The notes under the pieces are model-generated. The model searched no databases. It was not told where the DNA came from and worked only from the letters and a program-made list of their open reading frames with translations. The position numbers and the translations under genes were made by a program. 64,000 nucleotides of DNA, taken from assembly GCA_963802945.1 (NCBI GenBank), contig CAWDKY010000053.1, forward strand, positions 171,914 through 235,913, in the 5' to 3' direction. Positions 40,974-51,767 of the stretch are shown here, one piece after another; the first letter of the stretch is position 1; every line of letters begins with the position of its first letter. This stretch comes from an uncultured delta proteobacterium (GTDB lineage: Bacteria > Desulfobacterota > RBG-13-43-22).

Positions 40974-41915
40974 ATGAAATTTACCGGAGAACGCTATCAC
41001 AACACTCCGAACTCTGCGCAGATCAGTTACGAGCATTGGCACCGGTATCTTTATGCAACGCAATTCATCAAAGGAAAGGTCGTTTTAGACATTGCATCCG
41101 GGGAAGGGTATGGAACGAGCTTGATGGCCCAAACGGCCAAGACGGTTGTGGGCATTGATATTTCTCAAGAGGCTGTTGATTTCGCAGCAGAGCACTATCC
41201 CCGAAACAACATTTCCTTCCTGCAGGGATCGGTGGAAAATATCCCCATTGATGGTGCAAATAAATTTGATGTTATAGTTTCTTTTGAAACCATCGAGCAT
41301 GTGGATGCCAGGGCACAGGAAATCTTCCTGAATGAAGTAAAACGTCTTTTGAAGGATGATGGGGTCTTCATCGTTTCTTCTCCCAATAAACTGTTTTTTT
41401 CTGATATTCCAAAATACAAAACTGATTTCCACATCAAAGAATTTTACGAGAAAGAATTCAGGAACTTTTTAGAAACATATTTCGATCATATTGTCCTGTT
41501 GGGACAGAAGGTTTTTACCGGCTCCAACATGTGGCAACTTAACGATTCAAAATCCGCAGGTTCATTTGCTGAATATCAGATCACAAACGATGGACAGCGT
41601 ATTGTCGTAACGGATGAAAAGAAAGAATCGCGTTATATGTTTGCTGTTTGCTCTGATGTAAAAATTAAAGTAGCAGAAAATTCATTTTTGGTTGATGTTT
41701 CCCTAAGCCTTTTATCTGAACGTGACAGGCAGATTGCCGTCCTCAATCAGACATTGGCACAACGTGACACAATGATTGTCAACCTGGAGCAAACGATAAC
41801 TGAACGCGACGCTCAGATCATCCAAATCACCTCGAGCCATTCATGGAAGATGACGCTTCCGTTGCAGGAAGTCGTGCGGTGGGTTGCAAACCTGATGTCA
41901 CATGCCAAACGTTAA
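40974..41915 (+). CDS. SAM-dependent methyltransferase with coiled-coil/amphipathic tail (WbdD-like terminator candidate)
   Basis: FTGER, EHWHRY, VLDIASGEGYG, SFETIEH; 14-aa repeats then SHSWKMTLPL. Confidence 0.85.
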   Translation: MKFTGERYHNTPNSAQISYEHWHRYLYATQFIKGKVVLDIASGEGYGTSLMAQTAKTVVGIDISQEAVDFAAEHYPRNNISFLQGSVENIPIDGANKFDVIVSFETIEHVDARAQEIFLNEVKRLLKDDGVFIVSSPNKLFFSDIPKYKTDFHIKEFYEKEFRNFLETYFDHIVLLGQKVFTGSNMWQLNDSKSAGSFAEYQITNDGQRIVVTDEKKESRYMFAVCSDVKIKVAENSFLVDVSLSLLSERDRQIAVLNQTLAQRDTMIVNLEQTITERDAQIIQITSSHSWKMTLPLQEVVRWVANLMSHAKR

Positions 41916-42048
41916 TGGGGATAGGCGGCAAAGCTTGCCGAGTCGGTTGATGTGCTCCTCTTCCCGCGCCAATAAAAACATGCAGGCTTTTCGAGACTTG
42001 GTCAACTCCCACTAAATTTATTATCAAGGAAAGTTAATAAAAATCAAA

Positions 42049-45000
42049 ATGAACAAAAACAACGTGACCATAATAATACCGGTCTATAAAGACTTCCCGG
42101 CCTTAAAGAGCTGTATTCAATCTCTTAAAAAATTTGTTGGTTCGAGACACAAAATTTTGATTGTTAATGATTGTAGTCCGGAAATAAACATGGAGAACGA
42201 CATTGTAAATGAAATTGATCAAGATAGTAGATTTAATTACTATAAAAATAATGAAAATTTAGGATTTGTGAGAACCTGTAATAAAGCGGTAATAGAATTG
42301 GATAAAACCAAAAACGACATCCTTGTTCTAAATTCAGATACTGAAGTAACGGATAATTTTTTGGAAGAGATGATCGACATATTATATAACTGCGAAAAGC
42401 ACGGCATCGTATGTCCGCGAAGCAACAATGCCACGATATTATCTATCCCCCTCAATTATAATGAAGATCGAAGAAAAATCATCAATGAAAGTTATGCGTG
42501 TTATTTAAAAATTAAATATTTGCTTCCGAGATTCAATATTATCCCCACTGCTGTTGGCTTTTGCATGTTAACCAAGAGGGAATTAATAAATAGATATGGT
42601 TTTTTTGATGAAATATATTCCCCCGGATATAACGAAGAAAATGATTTTTCTATGAGGATAAACAGATACGGATATTCATCGATCATGGCGAATCACTCAT
42701 TTGTATTTCATCACGAAACAAAGAGCTTTACCTTACATGGGAAAAAAGAACTAAATGATAAAAATCAAAAAATATTATTGGAAAGGTATCCTTATTATCT
42801 CAATCTTGTAAGTAATTATTTGAATTATCAGATCAATCCTGTTGACCATTTTTCAGACGTTATCGACAATTCTTTTTCTGAGAAAACCAGGATACTTTTT
42901 AGTCTATATAATCTTCCTGTTATGCACAATGGAACATCCGAATATGGATTAAATTTGCTCAGTAATTTTATTGAGAAATATAAGGATAAATACGACATAG
43001 ATATATTAACTACGCCCGCCGGGGCTGAATTCCACAAATTATCAGAAAAATATAATAACATATTTTATCCGGACACCATCACAAAACATTATCATATCAC
43101 CATCTGTCCCTCACAAATCTTTGATATAAGACACTTATTGGTATTAAATAAGTATTCATTAAGAATTCTTGTCACCATGCAAGACATCATATCTCTAAGA
43201 TGTCGATATCTCTATATTGAAAACCCCAGTGTTGAAAATCTAGTTGCCTTGACCCTTAGGTTTTCTGACGGGATAATCTCCTTAACAAACTACTCAAAAA
43301 AAGATCTGATGACATATTTCGAACCGCTCCCGGCGAATAACAAAAAACCCAATATAAGAGTGATACCGCAAGGAATATCGAATGATTTTCAAGAGTTTGA
43401 AAAATTTAAGCATGAAATACCTTTTGAGGAATACGTATTAATTGTTGGCAATGATTATCATGATCATAAATCAGTAAAAGATTGCATCAATCACCTCCAA
43501 AATATGGAAATCAATTTCTGTGTTTTGGGGTGTGGCGATATGGGAAAAAAAAATGTCAAATGCTATTCGAGCGGTTTTCTTGATGGCGCATTCATTGAGG
43601 CCTTATATCATTTTGCTGCTTTAGTGATTTTTCCAAGCACCTATGAAGGTTTTGGAATACCTCTTATTAAAAGCGTCTTACACTCCAAGAAAATTGTCGT
43701 GCTCGACAATGAAATAAATAAAGAAATATCCAATGATTATGGAAAAGAAAACTTCTTGTTCTTCAAAACATATGATCAAATTAGAGACCACATCCTAAAT
43801 TGTAAAAAAACACCATTCAGAAATAACAATCAAGCAAGAACATGGGAAGATGTGGCTGATGATACCGAGGAATTTGTTGAAGAAATATTAAGCATAGGAA
43901 TAGATTCCAAAGAACTGGCAAAAAGATGGTATTCATTATTATCTATCGAACAACAAATAAAAGAGGGAGACCTAAAAATAGAACAACAAATAAGGGAGAG
44001 GGCCCTGTTAATTATAGCAGCATTATTTTACCCACATTCCCTTCAATCTCCGAGTGGATGGGTGGGACACTTACCGTTTGCGGCTTGGGTGATCCAAGAT
44101 ATTTCACCAAAAGTATTTGTTGAGCTTGGCACGCATATCGGGAATTCCTATTTTTCGTTCTGCCAATCCGTTTTCGAAGCCGGCCTTTCAACAAAATGTT
44201 ATGCCATCGATACCTGGCAAGGGGATGAACATGCCGAGAAATATGACGAAGAGATTTTCGCCAAAGTTAACGCATATAATCAGGAACACTATGCCGGATT
44301 CTCCAGGCTGTTGCGGATGACTTTTGATGATGCCGTTACACATTTTGCGGATGGATCCATAGAGTTATTGCACATTGACGGTTTGCATACATATGAAGCA
44401 GTGTGCCATGATTTTGATACTTGGCTGCCCAAATTGGCACCCGGAGCCGTGGTTATATTGCACGATACCCAAGTTCGCAAAAATAACTTTGGGGTGTGGA
44501 AACTCTGGGAAGAACTGCAAGAGCGTTACCCGAACAATTTAGAGTTTGTCCATTCGTACGGGCTCGGAGTGTTGCAACTAAACAACACGCCGGCTGATAA
44601 GAGACTCACCTGGTTTCGACCCAATTCCTCCGAAAAGCTTCGATTGATAAATTACTTTGCCGCTCTGGGCTTCCGGCAATTGGAACATTTTGAATTAAAC
44701 GAACAAAAGCAGCTAATAGCTGAACGCGACGGGCAAATCGCCAACCTTTATCACTCTACCAGTTGGCGAATTACACGGCCTCTTCGCATTATTGGGCGCC
44801 AGTTAAAAAGATACCGACGTGTTGCTGAATTTGCCCTCCCTGCTATTCAGCGTGGCGGTGGTTTGAAAAGCACACTTAAGAAAGTAATACGACTATACCG
44901 TCGTGAGGGTTTGGTTGGTATCAAGCGCGATTTTAGATGGGTTGCTGCCTCGCAACTACCTGATAATTTAAAAGATATCAACTCTGCCTACCGGAGGGCG

Positions 45001-47313
45001 GTGAGCCAGCCGGCTGAGGAATTATTAGCTCCGCGGGTTTTGATCATCGCCGAGATGAGCATTCCCCAGTGCAAGAAATATCGCGTCCAGCAGAAACAAG
45101 ATTTGTTTAAATTCCTGGGTATCAATTGCACCATGCTCAATTGGGCTGACGCTCAAGCGTGTCTTAATGCGTTGCAAACACACTCTCTGGTCATCTTCTA
45201 CCGGGTGCCCGCATATAATAGTGTGCTTTCGATTATTAATGAAGCGAAGCGACTACGCCTCCCAACGATTTGGGAGGTGGATGATTTAATTTTCGACAAA
45301 AAAGTGTTGATCAAGAGCAAAACACTATTAGCTTTGAACAAAGAAATCGTTGACCAGCTCGTTGAAGGTGCCGGTCTGTATCGCAGGGCCATGCTGCTTT
45401 GCGACCAGGGAATTGCTTCCACCACAGGTCTTGCCGATGCCATGAAGAAGGCTGGTTTGTCCGAAGTGCATGTCATCGAAAATGCGTTGGACCGACAGAC
45501 CTTGGAGGTTGCAGAAAAGGTCTGTCGTGACCATACCTTTCACCGAAATGGCATTGTTCGTATTTTCTATGGCTCAGGAACAAACACGCATAATGTCGAT
45601 TTTCAAGAAGCTGCGCCCGCCATTATCAAGATATTGGATAAATTTCCCAATGTGCGGCTTCGCCTCATGGGATTATTGAATTTACCCGAAATTTTTTCTC
45701 AGTATGAGGAGCAGGTGGAGCGTTTGCCAACCTGTTCTTACGAAGAATATATGACTGCCCTGGCTGAGTGTGATATCAGTATTACACCTCTCGAGAACTA
45801 TGTTTTCAATGATTCCAAGAGCAACATAAAATATCTGGAAGCCTCCATTGTTAAGGTGCCTTCTGTTTGTTCGCCGCGGGCTGCTTTTGCTCAGGTCATG
45901 ATCCATGGCCAGAACGGCTTGTTGTGTGAAACAGATGATGAATGGGAGGCCGCTCTTACGTTGCTTGTGACAGACAACGCGAAGCGAAACGAGGTCGGTG
46001 AGGCCGCATACACAACGATAAGGCAACGCTATTTGCCGGAAAGCATCGCTCGGCAACAGGTTGCGCCCCTGCTTGCTTGCCACGACAGAAACCCCGACAC
46101 CCTGCGGGTGCTTTCGGTAAACTGCTTTTACTATCCTCGTTCCTACGGGGGAGCAACCATTGTTGCAGAAGAGGTCAATAAACAAATCAATAATAAGGAT
46201 GGTTTTCAGGTTCATGTCTTCACGGCCTTGCCATCTTCTGTGGCGCCCTCTTATACAACCAGACGTTATGAGGTTGACGGCATCAACGTCTATGGCGTAG
46301 GGCTGCCTGACCGATTGGATGAAAAGACACAATTCGAGAACCCTGAGATCGTCGACGCCTTTGGCAACGTTCTTGCCGTGGTACAGCCCGATATCGTGCA
46401 TTTTCACTGTATTCAAGGTATCGGAGTATCGGTGGTCGATCTTTGCGTCCGAAAGAGCATCAAATATGTTATTACACTTCACGATGCCTGGTGGCTGTGC
46501 GGTCGACAATTCATGATCAACAGGAAAGGCAAATACTGCGAGCAGAAAAAAATCGATCTTGCCGTATGTGCAACATGTGTCGACAATCATCACTTGAATT
46601 TATACCGGAGTGAGCGCCTGATCGCTGCATTGCGTCACGCCTCGGCATTGCTGACGCCAAGCCGCTTTTTTGCAGACTTTTACATTGCCAACGGATTTAC
46701 TAATGTACAGGTTAATAAAAATGGCGTACTGAAGCCTGGCAGTACGTCACGGTTTCGTAGGAAAGGTCCTCTTAGGTTTGGCTATGTCGGCGGCAACACT
46801 AAAGTTAAAGGCTTTCACCTGGTCAAGAAAGTCTTCTCCGGTCTTGCCGGCTCTAACGTCAGGCTTATGCTGGTCGATAACATGTTGAGTCTCGGTTTCA
46901 CCTCCTACCATCAGCAGGATTTAGCGGGCATTCCTAAAGCAAAGATTGTGCCTGCCTACACTCAGAGCAATATTGACGACTTCTTTGCCAAAATTGATGT
47001 TTTGTTGTTTCCCACGCAATGGAAAGAAAGTTTCGGTCTGACAGTCCGCGAGGCATTGGCAAGAAATGTTTGGGTTATCGCAACGGATGCTGGAGGGGTT
47101 ATCGAAGATATCAAGCCTGGTCAAAACGGCTATATCGTACCCTTCGGGGATACGGGAGAAGGCTTGAAACAGGCTGTCATCGACACGCTGCGGCATTTTG
47201 AACAAATCACTCCTGGTGAAGAAATCTTGCTCGGTACGACGGATATCACCTTCTTCGAGGATCAAGCCGCCGAACTTGAGGCTATACTGAAGCAAGTCCA
47301 TGCCGGCAACTAA
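42049..47313 (+). CDS. 1754-aa multidomain protein: GT2 + GT4-like + Methyltransf_24 + coiled coil + GT4 + GT4
   Basis: IIIPVY/NLGF/LNSDT/YNEENDF; FPSTYEGFGIP; VELGTH/LLHIDGLHTYE; STSWRITRPLR; KSNIKYLE; FPTQWKESFGL. Confidence 0.88.
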   Translation: MNKNNVTIIIPVYKDFPALKSCIQSLKKFVGSRHKILIVNDCSPEINMENDIVNEIDQDSRFNYYKNNENLGFVRTCNKAVIELDKTKNDILVLNSDTEVTDNFLEEMIDILYNCEKHGIVCPRSNNATILSIPLNYNEDRRKIINESYACYLKIKYLLPRFNIIPTAVGFCMLTKRELINRYGFFDEIYSPGYNEENDFSMRINRYGYSSIMANHSFVFHHETKSFTLHGKKELNDKNQKILLERYPYYLNLVSNYLNYQINPVDHFSDVIDNSFSEKTRILFSLYNLPVMHNGTSEYGLNLLSNFIEKYKDKYDIDILTTPAGAEFHKLSEKYNNIFYPDTITKHYHITICPSQIFDIRHLLVLNKYSLRILVTMQDIISLRCRYLYIENPSVENLVALTLRFSDGIISLTNYSKKDLMTYFEPLPANNKKPNIRVIPQGISNDFQEFEKFKHEIPFEEYVLIVGNDYHDHKSVKDCINHLQNMEINFCVLGCGDMGKKNVKCYSSGFLDGAFIEALYHFAALVIFPSTYEGFGIPLIKSVLHSKKIVVLDNEINKEISNDYGKENFLFFKTYDQIRDHILNCKKTPFRNNNQARTWEDVADDTEEFVEEILSIGIDSKELAKRWYSLLSIEQQIKEGDLKIEQQIRERALLIIAALFYPHSLQSPSGWVGHLPFAAWVIQDISPKVFVELGTHIGNSYFSFCQSVFEAGLSTKCYAIDTWQGDEHAEKYDEEIFAKVNAYNQEHYAGFSRLLRMTFDDAVTHFADGSIELLHIDGLHTYEAVCHDFDTWLPKLAPGAVVILHDTQVRKNNFGVWKLWEELQERYPNNLEFVHSYGLGVLQLNNTPADKRLTWFRPNSSEKLRLINYFAALGFRQLEHFELNEQKQLIAERDGQIANLYHSTSWRITRPLRIIGRQLKRYRRVAEFALPAIQRGGGLKSTLKKVIRLYRREGLVGIKRDFRWVAASQLPDNLKDINSAYRRAVSQPAEELLAPRVLIIAEMSIPQCKKYRVQQKQDLFKFLGINCTMLNWADAQACLNALQTHSLVIFYRVPAYNSVLSIINEAKRLRLPTIWEVDDLIFDKKVLIKSKTLLALNKEIVDQLVEGAGLYRRAMLLCDQGIASTTGLADAMKKAGLSEVHVIENALDRQTLEVAEKVCRDHTFHRNGIVRIFYGSGTNTHNVDFQEAAPAIIKILDKFPNVRLRLMGLLNLPEIFSQYEEQVERLPTCSYEEYMTALAECDISITPLENYVFNDSKSNIKYLEASIVKVPSVCSPRAAFAQVMIHGQNGLLCETDDEWEAALTLLVTDNAKRNEVGEAAYTTIRQRYLPESIARQQVAPLLACHDRNPDTLRVLSVNCFYYPRSYGGATIVAEEVNKQINNKDGFQVHVFTALPSSVAPSYTTRRYEVDGINVYGVGLPDRLDEKTQFENPEIVDAFGNVLAVVQPDIVHFHCIQGIGVSVVDLCVRKSIKYVITLHDAWWLCGRQFMINRKGKYCEQKKIDLAVCATCVDNHHLNLYRSERLIAALRHASALLTPSRFFADFYIANGFTNVQVNKNGVLKPGSTSRFRRKGPLRFGYVGGNTKVKGFHLVKKVFSGLAGSNVRLMLVDNMLSLGFTSYHQQDLAGIPKAKIVPAYTQSNIDDFFAKIDVLLFPTQWKESFGLTVREALARNVWVIATDAGGVIEDIKPGQNGYIVPFGDTGEGLKQAVIDTLRHFEQITPGEEILLGTTDITFFEDQAAELEAILKQVHAGN

Positions 47314-47327
47314 GCAATGAGGTTATT

Positions 47328-48836
47328 TTGGATCTAAAGAAACAGGCCTTCGAGAGCACATCGAGCAACATAAGTCCGTGGATGATCTTATTGATCCTTG
47401 TTGTCGGCTCATTTTTTTCAGTACTCATACCACCCTTCCAGTCTCCGGATGAGCCTGCCCATGTCATGCGAGCTTACTTATTAAGCAAGGGTTCGATTAT
47501 TTTGGATGCGCCAGCCGGTAATAATTCAGGCGGCATGATTGACTCGGGCCTTGTTGCTTATTCTGAAGTTTATGAAGTTCTTAAATTTAAGCCAGATAGA
47601 AAGTTATTGGCTGACGAAATAGATTCGGCAAAATTCATTAAGTGGACAGGTATTAAAGAATTTAAAGCAGTACCCCTTGCATTTTATTTCCCACTAAGTT
47701 ACCTACCACAGGCCCTAGGCCTTACGGTAGGAGAAATATTAGGGCTAACGATCAATTCCTCTTACCTGCTGGCCAGGTTCCTGGTTCTTGTGTCCATTGC
47801 CTTGATTTTGTTTGCAGCATTTCAAGTATACCCGGTAAATCCGCTAACCATTGCGCTGTTAATCATACCGATGAGTGTATTTCAATCCTCATCTGCAAGT
47901 CTGGATGGCGTTTCAACAGCCTTGGCCATTTTTTCCATTGCAACATTTTTGCGGCTTGCTGTTGAGAAAGATAACGCCAGCCCTTGGCTTTTTTATTTGC
48001 ATACCTTGTCGGTAGTTTTGGTGGCAACGTGCAGACCTCATTTACTACCATTGTTGGCCCTGGTTTTGGTGGTTGGCTTTTATCTCCCCAAAAAGAAATA
48101 TTTATATATTTCCGCCTTTGCTTTGTTGTTTGTTCTGACATGGTTTATCATCGCAAATAAAACAACAGTCGACTTCGTTGATAAAGTTGGCATTTCAAAA
48201 GCGAGTTGCGCGTTGTTTTACATTAAAAATCCCATAGCATTCTTTGATGTCCTCATGGCCACATTGGATAGAGATCATCTTAGATTTCTAATAAAATCTT
48301 TTTTGGGCATACTCGGATGGATTGATACTCGATTCAGTACAGAAGCATATAAGTTTCTTTTTATAGTCACTATCTTGATTGGTCTGTTCTCAGTTTCTGT
48401 AAAAAATTTAAAGACTGGATGGATTCCGCGGCTCGTTCTGCTTTTCAGCGCGTTTTCTTCTGTTTTTCTTATTTTCTTTTCATCCCTAATTACTTGGAAT
48501 CCACATCCTGCTAGAATTATCGATGGTGTCCAGGGCCGATATTTTTTGGTTCCAACGATTATGGTTGCTTACGCCATTTCAGGCGGATCAAATATATCCG
48601 ATGGTATCTGTCGAAAAATTGCCCTCTTACTGGTTATACTCTTAGGGGCATTCACCATTTTTAGCATGCCACGGGTACTGATTGAAAGATATTATCTTGG
48701 GCTTGAACAGCCCAAACAGATTTCCTTAGTAATCCGCGCGAGTGCGTTTCTGGAAAAAAATAATCCAGTTACCCTATTTATGAGCAAGGATCACGAAAGA
48801 AATCTGCAACCACTGAAGCGCAATGGCATACATTAA
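47328..48836 (+). CDS. DUF2142 family (GT-C-like) membrane protein
   Basis: PPFQSPDEPAH, YLPQALG, GILGWID, IDGVQGRYF. Confidence 0.82.
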   Translation: MDLKKQAFESTSSNISPWMILLILVVGSFFSVLIPPFQSPDEPAHVMRAYLLSKGSIILDAPAGNNSGGMIDSGLVAYSEVYEVLKFKPDRKLLADEIDSAKFIKWTGIKEFKAVPLAFYFPLSYLPQALGLTVGEILGLTINSSYLLARFLVLVSIALILFAAFQVYPVNPLTIALLIIPMSVFQSSSASLDGVSTALAIFSIATFLRLAVEKDNASPWLFYLHTLSVVLVATCRPHLLPLLALVLVVGFYLPKKKYLYISAFALLFVLTWFIIANKTTVDFVDKVGISKASCALFYIKNPIAFFDVLMATLDRDHLRFLIKSFLGILGWIDTRFSTEAYKFLFIVTILIGLFSVSVKNLKTGWIPRLVLLFSAFSSVFLIFFSSLITWNPHPARIIDGVQGRYFLVPTIMVAYAISGGSNISDGICRKIALLLVILLGAFTIFSMPRVLIERYYLGLEQPKQISLVIRASAFLEKNNPVTLFMSKDHERNLQPLKRNGIH

Positions 48837-48866
48837 GGTAACATCTGAATCTTTAAAACTAATCCT

Positions 48867-50684
48867 TTGAAAGGAATTTTTAATAACGATATGATTACCG
48901 AACAACATCCGATAATTTTCAACACACCCAGAAGATTACTTGAAGGAGATGAAGCATCTACTTGGATAACGCATGTTCCATTCGGTTTTTTTCTGATCAG
49001 TATTTTAAAGCCGAAGTTAGTCGTGGAGTTGGGTGTTTTTAGAGGCCAATCCTATGCCGTATTTTGCCAGGCCGCAAAAACATTGAAACTTAACATCCGA
49101 TGCTATGGGGTTGACACCTGGAAAGGCGACATCCATAATGGCGAATATGGTGAAGATGTTTATGAGGAATTTAGCCATTACAACCAGAAAGAATATGGCG
49201 AGTTTTCCCAACTTCTACGAATGACCTTCAATGAGGCCTTAACTCATTTTGAAGATGGAAGCATTGATCTTTTGCATATTGATGGTCTTCATACCTACGA
49301 GGGAGTCAAAAATGATTTTGAATCATGGCTGCCCAAAATGTCGCCATGCGGCGTTGTGGTTTTTCATGACACATTTATTAAAGATCTTGATTTTGGTGTT
49401 TGGAAATTGTGGGAGGAGATCTCACAAAAGTATCCCAGTTTTGAATTCGTGCAATGGTGTGGTCTTGGCGTAGCGGCCGTAGGCAAAGAAGTTAACAAGG
49501 ACTTTATAGAATTTTTACAAGAAGCTAAAGTCAATGGATTTGTCAGTAAGCTTTTCTATTCTCTCGGAGAGCTGGTTCTTTCCGAAGCAAGAATAAACAA
49601 GTTGATTGGTGATTATAATAAATTGATCGATGATTTCAGCGACTATAAGGCAATGATCGCTAATTCCGTCGAGTGGAAGTATGGTGTGATAGTGCGTAAA
49701 TTGCTTGTTTCTATCGCACCTAATAATACGTGGAGAAGAAAGGCATTGGACTATTCTGCGAAAATAAGTGTTGCTGTTTTAAAAAGACTTACTGGCTCTT
49801 GGCAAATCAATAATAAAACGGATATCGACGTTGCCGAAGTTAAGCGAGTGTATGACGAAGACACGCTCAGGTCATTGGAAACCATGCCGCTGCCGCTTTC
49901 GAAAAATGGAAAAAGGAAATGCGCTATTTTTGTCATGGTTAAAAATGAGGATGTTTTTTTGCCGATCTGGCTGAAATATTACAGCCGGTATTTTGATGGG
50001 AAGGACATTTATGTTTTCGACCATCGGAGTATCGACGGCAGTGTGCAACAATGTTTGAAAGACTACACATTCAATGTCATCCGGCTGGATTATACCTCCA
50101 GTTTTGATCATCTTTGGTTTAAATTTGTCGCCGATAACGTGCAAAAAAAACTTTTTCAACATTACGAATACGTTATATTTACCGACATAGATGAAATCAT
50201 TCTGCCTGGTATTAATAAATACAGAGGCTTAAATGAGTATATTCAAAAACTGGACAAAAGTCACGTACGATGCATTGGTTATGAAATAATACATGTGCCG
50301 GAAAAGGAAAAACCATATGATTCATCAGAATCTGTTTTATCTCAACGAAGATTCTGGTACTATTCCACTTGGTATAATAAAACGCTTATATCCAACCAGC
50401 CATTGAATTGGATAATTGGATTCCATGAGGTTCGCAATCTGGAATCCAATTTTGATAATGATTTGATTCTGATCCATCTTCACAAGCTCGACTTTGATCT
50501 TTGTTGGAAAAAAAGCTTCGAGCGAGCGCGTCTCAAGTGGCCACTCGCAGATTTATTCAACAACTGGGGATGGCAGAACCGGTTTGTCGATATTGATAAA
50601 TTCAGAGATTATTATGAGAGGTGGCCTGACGGCCTTAAAGTTGAGGAAATTCCTGAGGAATTACGGAAAAGTAATCTTTTTTAA
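48867..50684 (+). CDS. Methyltransf_24 + GT2-like (Glyco_tranf_2_4) fusion
   Basis: VELGV, DTWKGD, LLHIDGLHTYE; MVKNEDVFLPIWLKYY, TDIDE. Confidence 0.82.
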   Translation: MKGIFNNDMITEQHPIIFNTPRRLLEGDEASTWITHVPFGFFLISILKPKLVVELGVFRGQSYAVFCQAAKTLKLNIRCYGVDTWKGDIHNGEYGEDVYEEFSHYNQKEYGEFSQLLRMTFNEALTHFEDGSIDLLHIDGLHTYEGVKNDFESWLPKMSPCGVVVFHDTFIKDLDFGVWKLWEEISQKYPSFEFVQWCGLGVAAVGKEVNKDFIEFLQEAKVNGFVSKLFYSLGELVLSEARINKLIGDYNKLIDDFSDYKAMIANSVEWKYGVIVRKLLVSIAPNNTWRRKALDYSAKISVAVLKRLTGSWQINNKTDIDVAEVKRVYDEDTLRSLETMPLPLSKNGKRKCAIFVMVKNEDVFLPIWLKYYSRYFDGKDIYVFDHRSIDGSVQQCLKDYTFNVIRLDYTSSFDHLWFKFVADNVQKKLFQHYEYVIFTDIDEIILPGINKYRGLNEYIQKLDKSHVRCIGYEIIHVPEKEKPYDSSESVLSQRRFWYYSTWYNKTLISNQPLNWIIGFHEVRNLESNFDNDLILIHLHKLDFDLCWKKSFERARLKWPLADLFNNWGWQNRFVDIDKFRDYYERWPDGLKVEEIPEELRKSNLF

Positions 50685-50720
50685 TGAGGCGATTATAACA
50701 ACCTGAAGCAACAACGGGGT

Positions 50721-51767
50721 ATGGCCATGAGCAGCGGGAAAAAAATATCGATAGCCCTGGCAACCTATAACGGCGAGCAATATCTTCGGGAGCTTCTCGA
50801 ATCCCTATACCGGCAAACCTGTCGCCCCTATGAAGTGATGGTCTGTGATGACGGATCGACCGACAGCACTGTCGGCATTTTGGAAGAATATGCCCGCACC
50901 CATGGATTGCACTATCAGGTTAATCCCCGGATCCTTGGCTACATTAAAAATTTCGAGAAAACCATTTCACTCTGCAGTGGTGATTATATCGCCCTCTGCG
51001 ACCAGGATGACCGCTGGCGACCTGATAAGCTTCGGATTCTCGCTGATGGTATCGGCAGTTATTCATTGATCTGCTCAAATGCCGCTGTTATTGACGATTT
51101 CGGCAATAAAATTGCACGTTCATACTTCAAATATTCACGCATACATGTCCCGAGCCGGAGAAAGCAAACCCATTCACTAACATTCCACAATTATGTTATG
51201 GGATGCACGTCTCTATTTCACAAAAGTATTTTATCTTCGGCAACGTATCCTTTTCCGGATGGCGTTCCCCATGACTGGTGGATCGCAATCATAGCGTCTA
51301 TGAAAAACGGTATTCGATACATCAATAAACCGCTAATCGAATATCGTCTGCATGGGGAAAATGCCAGCAGCATTGTAAGAAAAAGGCTATTTGATGACAT
51401 ACGCAACTATTGGAAGAAATTTAATGCTAAACAAAATCATTTAGATACTGTAATGACAATAAATTTTACACTTCTTTTGCTAAATGAACTTGAAGGGCGC
51501 GGTTTAATTGATGCCTGGATGATCTCATTAAAGCATGATTTGAAAGCATTGCTTGACGATTTCAATATCTCTCCATTTGAACACCCGAAAGCCAATTTGC
51601 TCATCTGGAAGTATCTGAATTATTTTTGCCCCTCGCCCAATCCCCTTGTGAAAATCATGTTTATGATCGAAAATATTTATGACAAAATCAGATCTTATGA
51701 AAGAGAGGAATTTTTTAATTCAATAAAGCGGAGGGAAAATGAAAATAATATCAATAAAAAACCTTAA
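50721..51767 (+). CDS. Glycosyltransferase family 2 (rhamnosyltransferase-like)
   Basis: ALATYNGEQYL, DDGSTD, LCDQDD.W, GCT, HDWW, YRLHGEN. Confidence 0.9.
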   Translation: MAMSSGKKISIALATYNGEQYLRELLESLYRQTCRPYEVMVCDDGSTDSTVGILEEYARTHGLHYQVNPRILGYIKNFEKTISLCSGDYIALCDQDDRWRPDKLRILADGIGSYSLICSNAAVIDDFGNKIARSYFKYSRIHVPSRRKQTHSLTFHNYVMGCTSLFHKSILSSATYPFPDGVPHDWWIAIIASMKNGIRYINKPLIEYRLHGENASSIVRKRLFDDIRNYWKKFNAKQNHLDTVMTINFTLLLLNELEGRGLIDAWMISLKHDLKALLDDFNISPFEHPKANLLIWKYLNYFCPSPNPLVKIMFMIENIYDKIRSYEREEFFNSIKRRENENNINKKP

